24,000 nucleotides of DNA from Acidimicrobiaceae bacterium. Its GTDB lineage: Bacteria; Actinomycetota; Acidimicrobiia; Acidimicrobiales; RAAP-2. The DNA lies in the NCBI GenBank assembly GCA_027315045.1, contig DAHUZS010000140.1, positions 1 to 24,000 of the forward strand. The letters are read 5' to 3'. The translations under genes and the position numbers were made by a program. The notes under the pieces are model-generated. The model searched no databases and had not been told where the DNA came from. It was given only the letters and a program-made list of their open reading frames with translations. Of this stretch, positions 23,301 through 24,000 are shown piece after piece (the stretch's first letter is position 1; every line of letters begins with the position of its first letter).

Positions 23301-24000
23301 TTAGGGCAGGTTCCGGACGATCTCGACCATCTTCTCCCCCGCCTCGGTGGGGTTCGCCGCCACCACGGCGCCGGCGGTCTCCAGGGCCTCCATCTTCGCC
23401 TGGGCCGTCCCCTGGGAACCCGAGATGATGGCCCCGGCGTGGCCCATCTTGCGGCCCGGCGGAGCGGTGACCCCGGCGATGTAGGCCACCACCGGCTTGG
23501 TCATCCTCGACCCGATGAACTCGGCCGCACGCTCCTCCTCGGAGCCCCCGATCTCCCCGATCATCATCACCGCCCTGGTCTCGGGGTCGGCCTCGAAGGC
23601 CTCGAGGCAGTCGATGAAGTTGGTCCCGGGCACCGGGTCACCCCCGATTCCCACGCAGGTGGTCTGCCCGATCCCCTGCTGGGACAGCTCGTGGAGGGCC
23701 TGGTAGGTGAGGGTGCCCGAGCGGCTGACGATGCCGACCGGCCCGCCGGCCAAAGCGATGTCCCCCGAGGTGATCCCGATGTTGGTCTTGCCCGGCGAGA
23801 TGATCCCCGGGCAGTTCGGACCGAGCAGCCTGGTGGCCGGGAACTCCCGGACCAGGCGGTTGTAGGCCAGGGCCTCGTCCTGGGCCGGGATCCCCTCGGT
23901 GATGCAGACGATGAAGGTGATCCCGGCCTTCGCCGCCTCCAAGATGGCGTCGCAGGCGAAGCGGGGCGGCACGACCACGAAGGAGGCGGTGGCCCCCGTG
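23301..24000 (-). CDS. sucD: Succinyl-CoA synthetase alpha subunit (partial; N-terminus beyond the window end)
   Basis: Motifs are ITEGIP, LLGPNCPGII, VSRSGTLTY, GIGGDP, and MGHAGAII containing the phospho-His. The reading frame stays open to position 24000 (…TGATASFVVVPPRFA…). Confidence 0.94.
   Translation of the reverse strand, partial: TGATASFVVVPPRFACDAILEAAKAGITFIVCITEGIPAQDEALAYNRLVREFPATRLLGPNCPGIISPGKTNIGITSGDIALAGGPVGIVSRSGTLTYQALHELSQQGIGQTTCVGIGGDPVPGTNFIDCLEAFEADPETRAVMMIGEIGGSEEERAAEFIGSRMTKPVVAYIAGVTAPPGRKMGHAGAIISGSQGTAQAKMEALETAGAVVAANPTEAGEKMVEIVRNLP

Noticed and set aside
23278-23304. 8-codon plus-strand ORF (MKLSPTKG) mirroring the RHH start
   Set aside because: It is a direct consequence of the palindrome duplicating ATGAAGCTGTCG on the other strand. 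It has no RBS and ends at a stop codon that overlaps the sucD stop.
1-24000. Mobile elements, CRISPR arrays, tRNA/rRNA genes and prophage or defence-island hallmarks
   Set aside because: I found no transposase, integrase or recombinase-like ORFs and no spaced direct-repeat arrays. No intergenic gap is large enough or structured like a tRNA. Composition is uniform apart from the short leader regions noted.

Overview
High-GC (about 70% by eye) chromosomal segment of an Actinomycetota-type genome. The assignment rests on two WhiB-family genes, an actinobacterial Sdh1-type sdhC-A-B operon, and an AAA+/VWA pair that from memory resembles M. tuberculosis Rv0958/Rv0959. A finer assignment, perhaps Acidimicrobiia-like, is only a guess. 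I support 26 protein-coding genes and saw no rRNA, tRNA, CRISPR array, transposase or integrase. Most of the window is core metabolism. An 8.2 kb run on the minus strand reads sucD(partial)-RHH-DUF4097-purN-purH-folD-metF-icd-mdh, and the plus strand carries sdhCAB plus an SCP2 gene. The less ordinary parts are listed here. (1) A protease/pseudo-protease cluster at 1.7-5.7 kb: an HtrA-like PDZ protein that has lost catalytic His and Ser, a zincin-like protein with HExxV instead of HExxH, a small conserved-looking ORF, and an intact S1C protease with no PDZ domain, next to a whiB gene. (2) A two-gene RHH + DUF4097 (Toastrack-like) module between sucD and purN, fronted by a perfect 41-bp AT-enriched palindrome that covers the RHH start codon. 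(3) An internal about 190-nt segment of the DUF4097 gene where codon-position GC shows the ancestral reading frame is not the frame that stays open, which suggests a compensated frameshift or a cryptic pseudogene. (4) A conserved ChlI-like AAA+ ATPase / MIDAS-VWA pair of unknown function. (5) A Cys/His motif in the Sdh membrane anchor and a tightly coupled SCP2 lipid-binding gene. Many long ORFs in the six-frame track are antisense or out-of-frame shadow ORFs typical of high-GC DNA and were rejected. All family assignments come from motif recognition by eye, since no searches could be run.
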